From Pedobacter sp. (lineage in GTDB: Bacteria; Bacteroidota; Bacteroidia; Sphingobacteriales; Sphingobacteriaceae), in the NCBI RefSeq assembly GCF_035566355.1, contig NZ_DATMRL010000661.1:1-42266 (forward strand): a stretch of DNA of 42,266 nucleotides, read 5' to 3'. The number at the start of each line of letters is the position of its first letter. Positions within the stretch are counted from its first letter, which is position 1. The notes beneath the pieces are model-generated. The model searched no databases, was not told where the DNA came from, and saw nothing but the letters and a program-made list of their open reading frames with translations. Positions 9,407 through 17,379 of this stretch are shown piece by piece. The translations under genes were made by a program, and so were the position numbers.

Positions 9407-10156
9407 ATGCAACCTAAGTTAACCGTTATTACGATCGTATACAATAATGTAAAGGACATAGAACGCACGATGCTTTCTGTATTACATCAAACCTATACAA
9501 ACATAGAGTATATAGTCATAGATGGCGCATCTACAGATGGAACGCTCGAAGTGATCAACAGCTATAGATCCCAATTATCTAAAGTGCTGTCTGAAAAAGA
9601 CAGAGGTATTTATGATGCGATGAACAAAGGCCTGGCGCTTGCAAGCGGCGATTATGTTCTATTCATGAATTCCGGAGATGAGATCTATGATGAAAATACT
9701 GTAGCTGCTGTATTCAGCACTGCAGAACATGCGGATATCTATTATGGTGAGACAGAAATGTATAACGAAAACTGGGAAAGCCTGGGCAGAAGACGGCATC
9801 AGGTTCCTGAAAATTTCAACTGGAAAAGTTTCAGATATGGAATGAACATCAGCCACCAGGCCATTTATATTAAAAAGAGTCTGACCGAGCCTTATGACCT
9901 TCAATATAAATACAGCTCTGATATAGACTGGATCATTAAAGCAGCAAAAAAAGCAAAGCTTACCATAAACACACACCGCTATGTCGCGAAATATCTGGTT
10001 GGCGGTGTTTCCAAGAAAAAACACCTGGATAGCCTGAAGGAACGTTTCAGGATCTTCAGTAAGTACTACGGTCTGATCCCTAATCTATTCCATCATTTTC
10101 TGATCGCCCTGAACCTGACGGGTTACTTTATCAAACACCGCAGAACCAATGACTAG
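9407..10156 (+). CDS. GT2 family glycosyltransferase (WcaE-like)
   Basis: ITIVYN, IDGASTDGT, GIYDAMNKG, FMNSGD and HQA. Confidence 0.9.
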   Translation: MQPKLTVITIVYNNVKDIERTMLSVLHQTYTNIEYIVIDGASTDGTLEVINSYRSQLSKVLSEKDRGIYDAMNKGLALASGDYVLFMNSGDEIYDENTVAAVFSTAEHADIYYGETEMYNENWESLGRRRHQVPENFNWKSFRYGMNISHQAIYIKKSLTEPYDLQYKYSSDIDWIIKAAKKAKLTINTHRYVAKYLVGGVSKKKHLDSLKERFRIFSKYYGLIPNLFHHFLIALNLTGYFIKHRRTND

Positions 10157-10175
10157 TCCTGCGGCGATATAAATT

Positions 10176-10892
10176 CTATGGATTTGTAGACCAGAGCCCA
10201 GCCTCTTTAACAAATACCCTTCTGTTCAGCTTCAATTGAGCAACAATCAGTTCTGCAAAATCTTCCGGTTGCATCACGCGGTCAGGATTACCGTCGGTGA
10301 GTTTCAAGTCTTTTGCCATATCCGTAGCAATGGTGCTTGGGGTTAATGTCGTTACCCGTATATTATGTTTTCTTACTTCCTGCATTAAAGACTCAGACAT
10401 TCCAATCAATGCAAATTTAGAAGCACTATAGGCACTGGTTACCGCAGCACCATTTTTACCTGCTGTAGAGGAGATGTTCACAATATCGCCCGTTTTTCTG
10501 TTGATCATATCTGGCAATACGGCACGTGTAACATAATAAGGCCCAAATAAATTCACTTTCACGATCTGCTCCCAGCGTTCCGGCTCAAGTTCCATGAAAG
10601 ACCCAAAGCTGCTAATGCCTGCATTGTTTATTAAAATATCTACTGTCCCTAATCCAGCTTTTATTTCAGCAACGGCAGCATTTACCTCTGCGATATTCGA
10701 AACGTCTGCTATCGCTGTCACCACCTTCACCGGCCAGGCACTTAATTCCTCTGCCACTTTATCCAGATCTGCCTTTGTGCGGGCTACCAGACCAACATGT
10801 ACACCTTCTTTAGCCAATTCGATAGCCAACGCCCTACCTATTCCTTTACCCGCTCCAGTAATCAGCGCGTTTCTTCCTTGTAATGATTCCAT
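10176..10892 (-). CDS. Short-chain dehydrogenase/reductase (3-ketoacyl-ACP reductase-like)
   Basis: [12 protein letters not shown] and catalytic YSASK; ATG at 10892 lies downstream of a TAGCTTTG box at 10912-10919. Confidence 0.9.
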   Translation of the reverse strand: MESLQGRNALITGAGKGIGRALAIELAKEGVHVGLVARTKADLDKVAEELSAWPVKVVTAIADVSNIAEVNAAVAEIKAGLGTVDILINNAGISSFGSFMELEPERWEQIVKVNLFGPYYVTRAVLPDMINRKTGDIVNISSTAGKNGAAVTSAYSASKFALIGMSESLMQEVRKHNIRVTTLTPSTIATDMAKDLKLTDGNPDRVMQPEDFAELIVAQLKLNRRVFVKEAGLWSTNP

Positions 10893-11018
10893 AGCATTCA
10901 ATATTTAAACTCAAAGCTAAAAAGATAATATTTGATATCAGAATTACAGGCTAAGCTTGACAATTGTTTAACTCACTATTCACATAGGCTCAATACTTTT
11001 ACATGAAAAGATATTTTA

Positions 11019-11714
11019 ATGCCACCCCCACTTTTCAAAAAACTCTGGAGCCTCCCTTATTATTTTCTGCTAGCGCTGGCCTTTGCACTGGCCTCTTCCC
11101 TTTTCATCTTTCTTCATACCAAAGAAGAGGGCTTTACACTTCTCAATCCATTCCATACCAGTTGGCTGGACCTCTTCTTTATGGTCTATACCAATCTGGG
11201 AGATGGACTTACCTGTCTCGCGGTTATTATACTGTTGCTGATCCGCAACAAGAGAAAAAAAGCCATTACTCTATTTGTCGCTTTCCTGAGTTCAGGAATG
11301 ATGGCTTCTTTGCTGAAGATCATCTTTCATCAGCCCAGGCCAAAGCTTTATTTCCAAACAGAAGGGCTGAATACCCCGGCTTTTATGAACCAAATGAGTT
11401 TGTACAGCTCTAATTCATTTCCATCAGGCCATACCACAACTGCTTTTGCCCTGGCTACCGTACTTGTTCTTGTTTATAAAAAGAACAGAATCTCTATCCC
11501 CTGCCTGCTGGGCGCCATATTGGTTGGTTATTCCCGGATCTACCTGGCGCAGCATTTCCCCGTCGATGTACTGGCAGGTATGTGTGTTGGGGTCTTCTTT
11601 GGTATGCTGAGCTACCACGTGGTTTACCATGTTAAGGTTCTGAAAGCAGTCAAAAAATGGCGGAAAAGCCAATCGAAAGCAAGTCATACAGCTTTAAAGA
11701 ACAGCATTTTCTAA
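11019..11714 (+). CDS. PAP2 family membrane phosphatase (possible undecaprenyl-PP or lipid A phosphatase)
   Basis: K.IFHQPRP, SFPSGH and SRIYLAQHFP.D signature motifs. Confidence 0.9.
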   Translation: MPPPLFKKLWSLPYYFLLALAFALASSLFIFLHTKEEGFTLLNPFHTSWLDLFFMVYTNLGDGLTCLAVIILLLIRNKRKKAITLFVAFLSSGMMASLLKIIFHQPRPKLYFQTEGLNTPAFMNQMSLYSSNSFPSGHTTTAFALATVLVLVYKKNRISIPCLLGAILVGYSRIYLAQHFPVDVLAGMCVGVFFGMLSYHVVYHVKVLKAVKKWRKSQSKASHTALKNSIF

Positions 11715-11731
11715 AACCGCTACCATCCGGC

Positions 11732-11769
11732 AAAAAAAAATCCTGATGGCCATGCCACCAGGATTTTTT
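11732..11769. terminator. Bidirectional intrinsic terminator between PAP2 and typA
   Basis: A-tract, TCCTGATGGC-CAT-GCCACCAGGA stem-loop, T-tract, between convergent genes. Confidence 0.85.
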
Positions 11770-11791
11770 ATATTTAAATCCGTCTTAGAAA

Positions 11792-13600
11792 TTAAGACTG
11801 GAATTTTTTAGCATTGATCTTACGCTCATTTTCTGTCAGGTAGATCTTACGTAAACGCATACTTACCGGAGTAATTTCGATATACTCATCAGCCTGGATA
11901 TACTCCATAGCCTCTTCCAATGAGAATTTAATTGCTGGTGCAATACGTGTGTTGTCATCCGTACCAGAAGCACGCATGTTAGTCAAGGCTTTACCTTTAA
12001 CAATATTTACAACTAAATCGTTGTCACGGATGTGCTCACCCAGGATCTGACCTTCGTAAATGTCTACGCCCGGATCAACAAAGAAACGACCGCGATCCTG
12101 CAATTTATCAATAGAATAAGCCGTAGTAGTACCTTTATCCATAGAAACCAGTACACCATTTAACCTTCCAGGAATTACACCTTTCCAAGGCTCGTAAGAT
12201 TTAAAACGGTGTGCCATAATTGCTTCTCCTGCTGTTGCAGTCAATACATTGTTTCTTAATCCAATGATTCCACGTGATGGAATTTCGAATTCCAAATGTT
12301 GTAAATCACCTTTTGGCTCCATGATCAGCAATTCACCTTTACGTTGTGTCACCAGTTCAATTACCTTTCCGGCAACTTCACCCGGTACATCAACAATCAG
12401 GGTCTCCACCGGCTCACATTTTTTACCGTCAATTTCTTTAACGATTACCTGTGGCTGACCTACCTGGATTTCATATCCTTCGCGACGCATGGTCTCGATC
12501 AAAACAGATAAATGCAGAATACCCCTTCCGTAAACCAGATAAGAATCCGGAGATTCCGTTTCCACAACCTTTAAGGCAAGGTTTTTCTCCATCTCTTTGT
12601 ACAAACGTTCTTTAATACGCTGAGAAGTCACAAATTTACCTTCTTTACCGAAGAAAGGAGAGTTATTGATGGTAAACAACATGTTCATTGTCGGCTCATC
12701 AATTTTGATTACAGGTAATTGTTCTGGTGCATCAAAATCAGCAATAGTATCACCAATTTCGAAACCGTCAATACCTACAACAGCGCAGATATCTCCTGAA
12801 CTTACTTCCTGTGCACGGATTTTTCCAAGACCTTCAAAAACGTATAGTTCTTTTACTCTTGATTTCACCATCTTGCCATCACGTTTAATCAAAGTAACCG
12901 GCTGGTTTTCTCTGATTGTACCGCGGTGAACACGACCAATAGCAATACGACCTACGAAAGAAGAATAATCTAAAGAAGTGATTTGCATCTGTAAAGTACC
13001 TTCATTGATCGGTGCTGCAGGGATATGCTCTACTACCGCATCTAAAAGAGGGAAAATATCAGTAGTCGGCTTGGTATAGTCTGTGCTCATCCATCCTTGT
13101 TTAGATGAACCATAGATCACAGGGAAATCAAGCTGCTCTTCGGTAGCCGCCAGGTTAAAGAACAATTCAAAGATCTGCTCATAAACCTCTTCCGGACGAC
13201 AGTTTTCTTTATCTACTTTGTTTACAACTACAATTGGTTTTAATCCCAATGCAAGTGCTTTCTGAGTAACGAAACGGGTTTGAGGCATTGCACCTTCAAA
13301 AGCATCGCATAATAAAAGAACACCATCAGCCATTTTCAATACACGTTCTACCTCACCGCCAAAATCCGCGTGACCAGGAGTATCAATAATATTGATTTTA
13401 TAGTCTTTGTATCTTACTGAAACGTTTTTGGAAACAATAGTAATTCCCCGTTCACGCTCAAGATCGTTGTTATCAAGTATTAAATCACCTGTTTGTTCGT
13501 TATCACGAAAAATAGAACAAGTGTGTAAAATCTTATCAACCAGCGTAGTTTTACCGTGGTCAACGTGTGCTATGATAGCTATATTTCTTATTTTTTGCAT
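11792..13600 (-). CDS. typA: Translational GTPase TypA/BipA
   Basis: IRNIAIIAHVDHGKTTLVD, ERERGITI, DTPGHADFGGEVER, GRGILHL and TNMRASG. Confidence 0.98.
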   Translation of the reverse strand: MQKIRNIAIIAHVDHGKTTLVDKILHTCSIFRDNEQTGDLILDNNDLERERGITIVSKNVSVRYKDYKINIIDTPGHADFGGEVERVLKMADGVLLLCDAFEGAMPQTRFVTQKALALGLKPIVVVNKVDKENCRPEEVYEQIFELFFNLAATEEQLDFPVIYGSSKQGWMSTDYTKPTTDIFPLLDAVVEHIPAAPINEGTLQMQITSLDYSSFVGRIAIGRVHRGTIRENQPVTLIKRDGKMVKSRVKELYVFEGLGKIRAQEVSSGDICAVVGIDGFEIGDTIADFDAPEQLPVIKIDEPTMNMLFTINNSPFFGKEGKFVTSQRIKERLYKEMEKNLALKVVETESPDSYLVYGRGILHLSVLIETMRREGYEIQVGQPQVIVKEIDGKKCEPVETLIVDVPGEVAGKVIELVTQRKGELLIMEPKGDLQHLEFEIPSRGIIGLRNNVLTATAGEAIMAHRFKSYEPWKGVIPGRLNGVLVSMDKGTTTAYSIDKLQDRGRFFVDPGVDIYEGQILGEHIRDNDLVVNIVKGKALTNMRASGTDDNTRIAPAIKFSLEEAMEYIQADEYIEITPVSMRLRKIYLTENERKINAKKFQS

Positions 13601-13622
13601 ATAATGCGCCCTAAATTTGGCG

Positions 13623-13630
13623 CAAAGATA
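13623..13630 (-). promoter_or_regulatory. -7 box TATCTTTG of typA, followed by a short GCGCC/GGCGC leader hairpin
   Basis: Exact TAnnTTTG match 22 nt upstream of the typA ATG. Confidence 0.65.
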
Positions 13631-13688
13631 TGATTTTTAATCGATATATCAGCCTATTAACTAGGTATATAATAAAGGAATTGCTGAT

Positions 13689-13783
13689 AAAAAATAATAT
13701 ACTCTTCGAGGACTGGACTCCTTACCCCGCTTCGCTCTTGTGGCAAGGCGCCCTGAGGTCCTCTCGGAGTAATATTATTTTTT
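13689..13783 (-). repeat. Copy A of a 95-nt self-complementary structured repeat
   Basis: Reverse complement of 13696-13776 matches 14006-14086 at 78/81 nt; own 12-bp terminal stem AAAAAATAATAT/ATATTATTTTTT. Confidence 0.9.
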
Positions 13784-13998
13784 TGGGCGCATAACCGGGC
13801 GGGGTGTCCGGGAAAGGAGTCAATTGGATAAGCCAAAACTGGAAACGGGATAGCGCAATGCTTCAATTTATAGTAATAATTTTTGTAATAACACCTACGT
13901 CTTCTGTAATTAATATATCCGTAGCAGCCAAAAGATAAGAACAAATTGCATAACCTTTTCTGCGCCATACCCGGACTCCCCCCAATTAAGCGCCCTAT

Positions 13999-14093
13999 AA
14001 AAATCAATATTACTCCGAGAGGACCTCAGGGCGTCTTGCCACAAGAGCGAAGCGAGGCAAGGAGTCCAGTCCTCGAAGAGTATATTGATTTTT
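13999..14093 (+). repeat. Copy B of the 95-nt structured repeat, inverted relative to copy A
   Basis: Terminal stem AAAAATCAATAT/ATATTGATTTTT; internal TCTTGCC/GGCAAGG stem; GCGAAGC apical mini-hairpin. Confidence 0.9.
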
Positions 14094-14151
14094 TCAAACA
14101 GCTTTTATCTTCAAAACTCTTATATTGTCTAGCTAATTACATTTAACAGTT

Positions 14152-14931
14152 ATGAATGCAAAAAAATCCTTTTTCAGTGCTGCGCTCCTTATTTCGGGTT
14201 GTGTATCCATGGCAACCGCACAGGGAGCCAAACACGAAGACACAGAGTTTTACACCCCGGTACCCAAAGTCGTAACACCAGGAAAAATAAATTCAGACGC
14301 GCCATCCGATGCCATTGTTCTTTTTGATGGCACAAACCTTGATCAATGGGTCATGACAGACGATCGTTCCCAGCCAGCCAAATGGAAAGTTTCAGGAGGT
14401 ATTTTAACAGTAGACAAGAAAACAGGAAATATTGAAACCAAACAATCCTTTGGCAATTACCAACTGCACCTGGAATGGAGAGTTCCTGCGAACATCACCG
14501 GAGAAGGCCAGCTAAGAGGCAATAGCGGACTATTCCTCGCCTCTATAGGCAAAGGAGATTTGGGTTATGAACTGCAAATCCTGGATTCCTACAACAATAA
14601 AACCTATACAAATGGAATGGCCGGCAGTATCTACAAACAAACTACACCAATGTTCAATGCAGCCAGGAAACCTGGCGAATGGCAAACCTATGATGTGATC
14701 TGGACAGCCCCTGTTTTTAATGCAGACAGCTCATTGAAATCACCAGCAAAGGTTACCGTACTGTTTAACGGAATCATTGTACAAAATAATTTCGAATTGA
14801 AAGGCCCGACCCAATACGTTGGCTTACCTGCATACAGAAAAGCACATGGCCCATCACCTATCAAATTACAGGCACATGGAGACAAAAGCGAACCGCTGAG
14901 TTTCCGCAATATCTGGGTAAGAGAACTCTAA
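14152..14931 (+). CDS. Secreted DUF1080 (3-keto-disaccharide hydrolase family) protein
   Basis: Signal peptide; PSDAIVLFDG, QLHLEW, GNSG, YELQILDS, GSIY, GEWQTYD, LQAHG and FRNIWVREL. Confidence 0.9.
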   Translation: MNAKKSFFSAALLISGCVSMATAQGAKHEDTEFYTPVPKVVTPGKINSDAPSDAIVLFDGTNLDQWVMTDDRSQPAKWKVSGGILTVDKKTGNIETKQSFGNYQLHLEWRVPANITGEGQLRGNSGLFLASIGKGDLGYELQILDSYNNKTYTNGMAGSIYKQTTPMFNAARKPGEWQTYDVIWTAPVFNADSSLKSPAKVTVLFNGIIVQNNFELKGPTQYVGLPAYRKAHGPSPIKLQAHGDKSEPLSFRNIWVREL

Positions 14932-14983
14932 TTGTTTTTCCGGGGGAGGAAAACTTCTCCCGGTCTACATTGTTATTCAACAT

Positions 14984-15643
14984 ATGGGCAAAAAAGCAAT
15001 TCTCTTAGGCGCAAGCGGACTCATTGGCACACATCTTCTTTCTCTGCTGCTCAACAGCAGCACTTACGAACAGGTATTGATCCTGGTCCGGAAAGAATTG
15101 GATATACAACATCCGAAACTCCGTCAGCTGGTTGTAGACTTTGAGCTTTTAAATCAATATGCGCATGAAATCAAAGGCAATGTGGTGTTTTGCTGTTTAG
15201 GTACCACCAAGAGTAAAACCCCAGACCCTGCTCAATACAGAAAAATTGATCTTCAATACCCGGTAGATGTGGCCTGGATGGCGCAATCCAACGGCGCAGA
15301 ACAATATCATCTGGTATCAGCCTTGGGGGCCAACAGGAATTCTTCCATTTTCTATTCTAAACTAAAGGGGGAAGCCGAGCACGAGATCAAAGCCGTTCCA
15401 TTCAAAGCTATTCACATCTATCAGCCTTCCTTGTTGGATGGAGATAGAAAAGAAAGCCGTTTTGGAGAACTCACCATGATCAGGATCATGCGCGTCCTTA
15501 ACCCTCTGCTTATTGGTCCGCTGAAAAAATACAGGAGCATTAAGGTCAGCAAAGTGGCCATGGCCATGTTCCTGAAGTCAACAGAAGAGCATAAAGGCAT
15601 CTATACCTATACCTCTGAACAGATAGAAACTATAGGTTCGTAA
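14984..15643 (+). CDS. NAD(P)-binding oxidoreductase, TIP30/CC3 (YraR-like) atypical SDR
   Basis: LGASGLIG, FCCLGTT, VSALGA..S..FYSKLKGE and PSLL.G.R. Confidence 0.85.
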   Translation: MGKKAILLGASGLIGTHLLSLLLNSSTYEQVLILVRKELDIQHPKLRQLVVDFELLNQYAHEIKGNVVFCCLGTTKSKTPDPAQYRKIDLQYPVDVAWMAQSNGAEQYHLVSALGANRNSSIFYSKLKGEAEHEIKAVPFKAIHIYQPSLLDGDRKESRFGELTMIRIMRVLNPLLIGPLKKYRSIKVSKVAMAMFLKSTEEHKGIYTYTSEQIETIGS

Positions 15644-16463
15644 ACCTCGGTTTTCTTGGAAATGCCCAGGTCAGAAATGCAGGCAATGCTTTTGCCCAGG
15701 TGGCCACTTCATGCTTTCCGCCCACCATCTCATAATAAAAGATATCCTCAGGCCGCTTATAGCTTTTTGCCATCAATTCCTTGATCACATCAACAGTATC
15801 ATCGATAGAATCTATAATAAAATTCCGGTTCCGGTCAGCCGTTTCATCATCCGTACCGGTCATCAGCCAGAACTGGGCTTCGGGTTTTCCTGTTGTGGTT
15901 CTGATCATTTCATGCAAAATCCTGTCCTGATCATCCCGGTAACCATCTTTCAGGTCTTTTTTCCGCCACCAGAAAGATCCAGAAAATACCCCGGCTACAT
16001 CAAATAAGTTATCATTGTTCCAAACGATATCAAATGCAGACAAGCCACCCAGGGAAAAACCAGCAAAAGCCCGTTTACCATTTACAGGAACAGACACTTC
16101 AGCCTGCACAAAAGGAAGTAACTCATTGGTAATAAAAGCGGTATACTTATCCGCTTTCGCCCCTCTCCCAAGGAAATCAGGAACACCGGCAACACCATAT
16201 TCCTGAACACGATCTTCTGAAGCCTTAATGGCAACAACAATCAGCGGTTCAATTTTACCAGAAGTATACAATTGAGAAAGTGCATCCTGAACTTGCATCG
16301 CTTCCGATTCCTGGCCATCATTTAACAACAACAGATTCACTTCTTCATTCCCCATCAGCTCATCGGGACTGTACATCTCCAGTTCCACTGTTCTGTTTAG
16401 ATGGAGCGATTTAATGCGATGCGTTGATTTGATAATTTCAGATGATAACATGGTTGTATACAT
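15630..16463 (-). CDS. Alpha/beta hydrolase, esterase family (Fes/PF00756-like)
   Basis: LLNDGQ, nucleophile elbow GFSLGG, FSGSFWW and C-terminal GGKH. Confidence 0.85.
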   Translation of the reverse strand: MYTTMLSSEIIKSTHRIKSLHLNRTVELEMYSPDELMGNEEVNLLLLNDGQESEAMQVQDALSQLYTSGKIEPLIVVAIKASEDRVQEYGVAGVPDFLGRGAKADKYTAFITNELLPFVQAEVSVPVNGKRAFAGFSLGGLSAFDIVWNNDNLFDVAGVFSGSFWWRKKDLKDGYRDDQDRILHEMIRTTTGKPEAQFWLMTGTDDETADRNRNFIIDSIDDTVDVIKELMAKSYKRPEDIFYYEMVGGKHEVATWAKALPAFLTWAFPRKPRFTNL

Positions 16464-16496
16464 AATTCAGCAATTCCCTTTCACAAAAATTTTTCG

Positions 16497-16504
16497 CAAA
16501 GATA
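16497..16504 (-). promoter_or_regulatory. -7 box TATCTTTG for the divergent esterase
   Basis: Exact TAnnTTTG match 33 nt upstream of ATG 16463. Confidence 0.6.
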
Positions 16505-16637
16505 TTAATCTGTATAAATTTTGAGATAACACTTCTGTTTTTTTACTTAAAACACAGATTTATAGTAAGAAAACACCCTTAAATACTTGTTTATAAAAAG
16601 GTTCTTTCTTACCTTTTAGCACCTAAATTTTCGATTT

Positions 16638-17342
16638 ATGCAAGAAGACTATATAAAGTGGTATAGCCCAAACCTGAGTGCAGATTTCGAAATGCTCACT
16701 TTTGGCCATGGCGGTTACCCCATCGTACTATTCCCTACAAGCAAGGGACGTTATTATGAGAACAAGGATTTTAAACTTATCGAATCCGCAAGGCATTTAA
16801 TTGAGGAAGGAAAAGTTAAGATTTATTGTCCTGACGGAATTGACGACCTCAGCTGGTACAACAAAAGCATTCATCCGGCCGACCGGGTAAAGAACCACAT
16901 CTGGTACGATAAAATGCTGCTGGAAGAAGTAGCGCCCCGTGCCAGACAGGAAACCGGATTTGAAAAGATCATTACTGCCGGATGCAGTTTTGGGGGTTAC
17001 CATGCCGCAAACTTTGCCTTCCGGCATCCCTGGCTGGTCAGTCATTTATTCAGTATGAGTGGTGCTTTTGATCTCAGAGGGCAAATGGACGGCTTTTACA
17101 ACGGCGATTTCTATTACAACAACCCTATTGATTTTCTACCGAACGATCAGAGTGCCGCACTCTGGGATATGAAAGTCGTTTTGGGTGCCGCCGACAGGGA
17201 TATTTGCCGGCACGACAACGAAAGGTTGTCTGAAATATTAAGCCGCAAAGGGATGAACCACTGGCTGGACATTCGTCACAACGCAGATCATGACTGGGTC
17301 ATCTGGCGGCAAATGTTTCCCGAATACCTTGGACAACTTTAA
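16638..17342 (+). CDS. Alpha/beta hydrolase, esterase family
   Basis: FGHGGYPIVLFPT, GCSFGGYHA nucleophile motif and HDWVIW catalytic His. Confidence 0.85.
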   Translation: MQEDYIKWYSPNLSADFEMLTFGHGGYPIVLFPTSKGRYYENKDFKLIESARHLIEEGKVKIYCPDGIDDLSWYNKSIHPADRVKNHIWYDKMLLEEVAPRARQETGFEKIITAGCSFGGYHAANFAFRHPWLVSHLFSMSGAFDLRGQMDGFYNGDFYYNNPIDFLPNDQSAALWDMKVVLGAADRDICRHDNERLSEILSRKGMNHWLDIRHNADHDWVIWRQMFPEYLGQL

Positions 17343-17379
17343 AAAACACATACAAACAGCATTTAAAAACGATATATTT

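Noticed and set aside
11003-11413. 136-aa alternative-frame ORF overlapping the PAP2 gene
   Set aside because: No motifs; the PAP2 frame carries all three catalytic signatures.
13689-14093. CRISPR array, tRNA, hammerhead ribozyme or attC interpretation of the repeat
   Set aside because: There are only two copies, and they are inverted. I see no cas or integrase gene, no tRNA T-loop/CCA pattern, no CUGANGA/GAAA core and no RYYYAAC/GTTRRRY ends.
13657-14146. ORFs 13657-14007 (-) and 13946-14146 (+) sharing the peptide NITPRGPQGxLPQERSxxRSPVLEEYI
   Set aside because: The shared peptide is a by-product of the DNA inverted repeat. All three core substitutions are non-synonymous, two preserve base pairing, both starts are TTG, and the flanking residues look non-coding.
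17290-17379. Upstream extension of the ATP-grasp ORF overlapping the esterase (possible frameshift fusion)
   Set aside because: The esterase ends normally after its catalytic His, and ATG 17380 has a typical AT-rich leader. No evidence for recoding.
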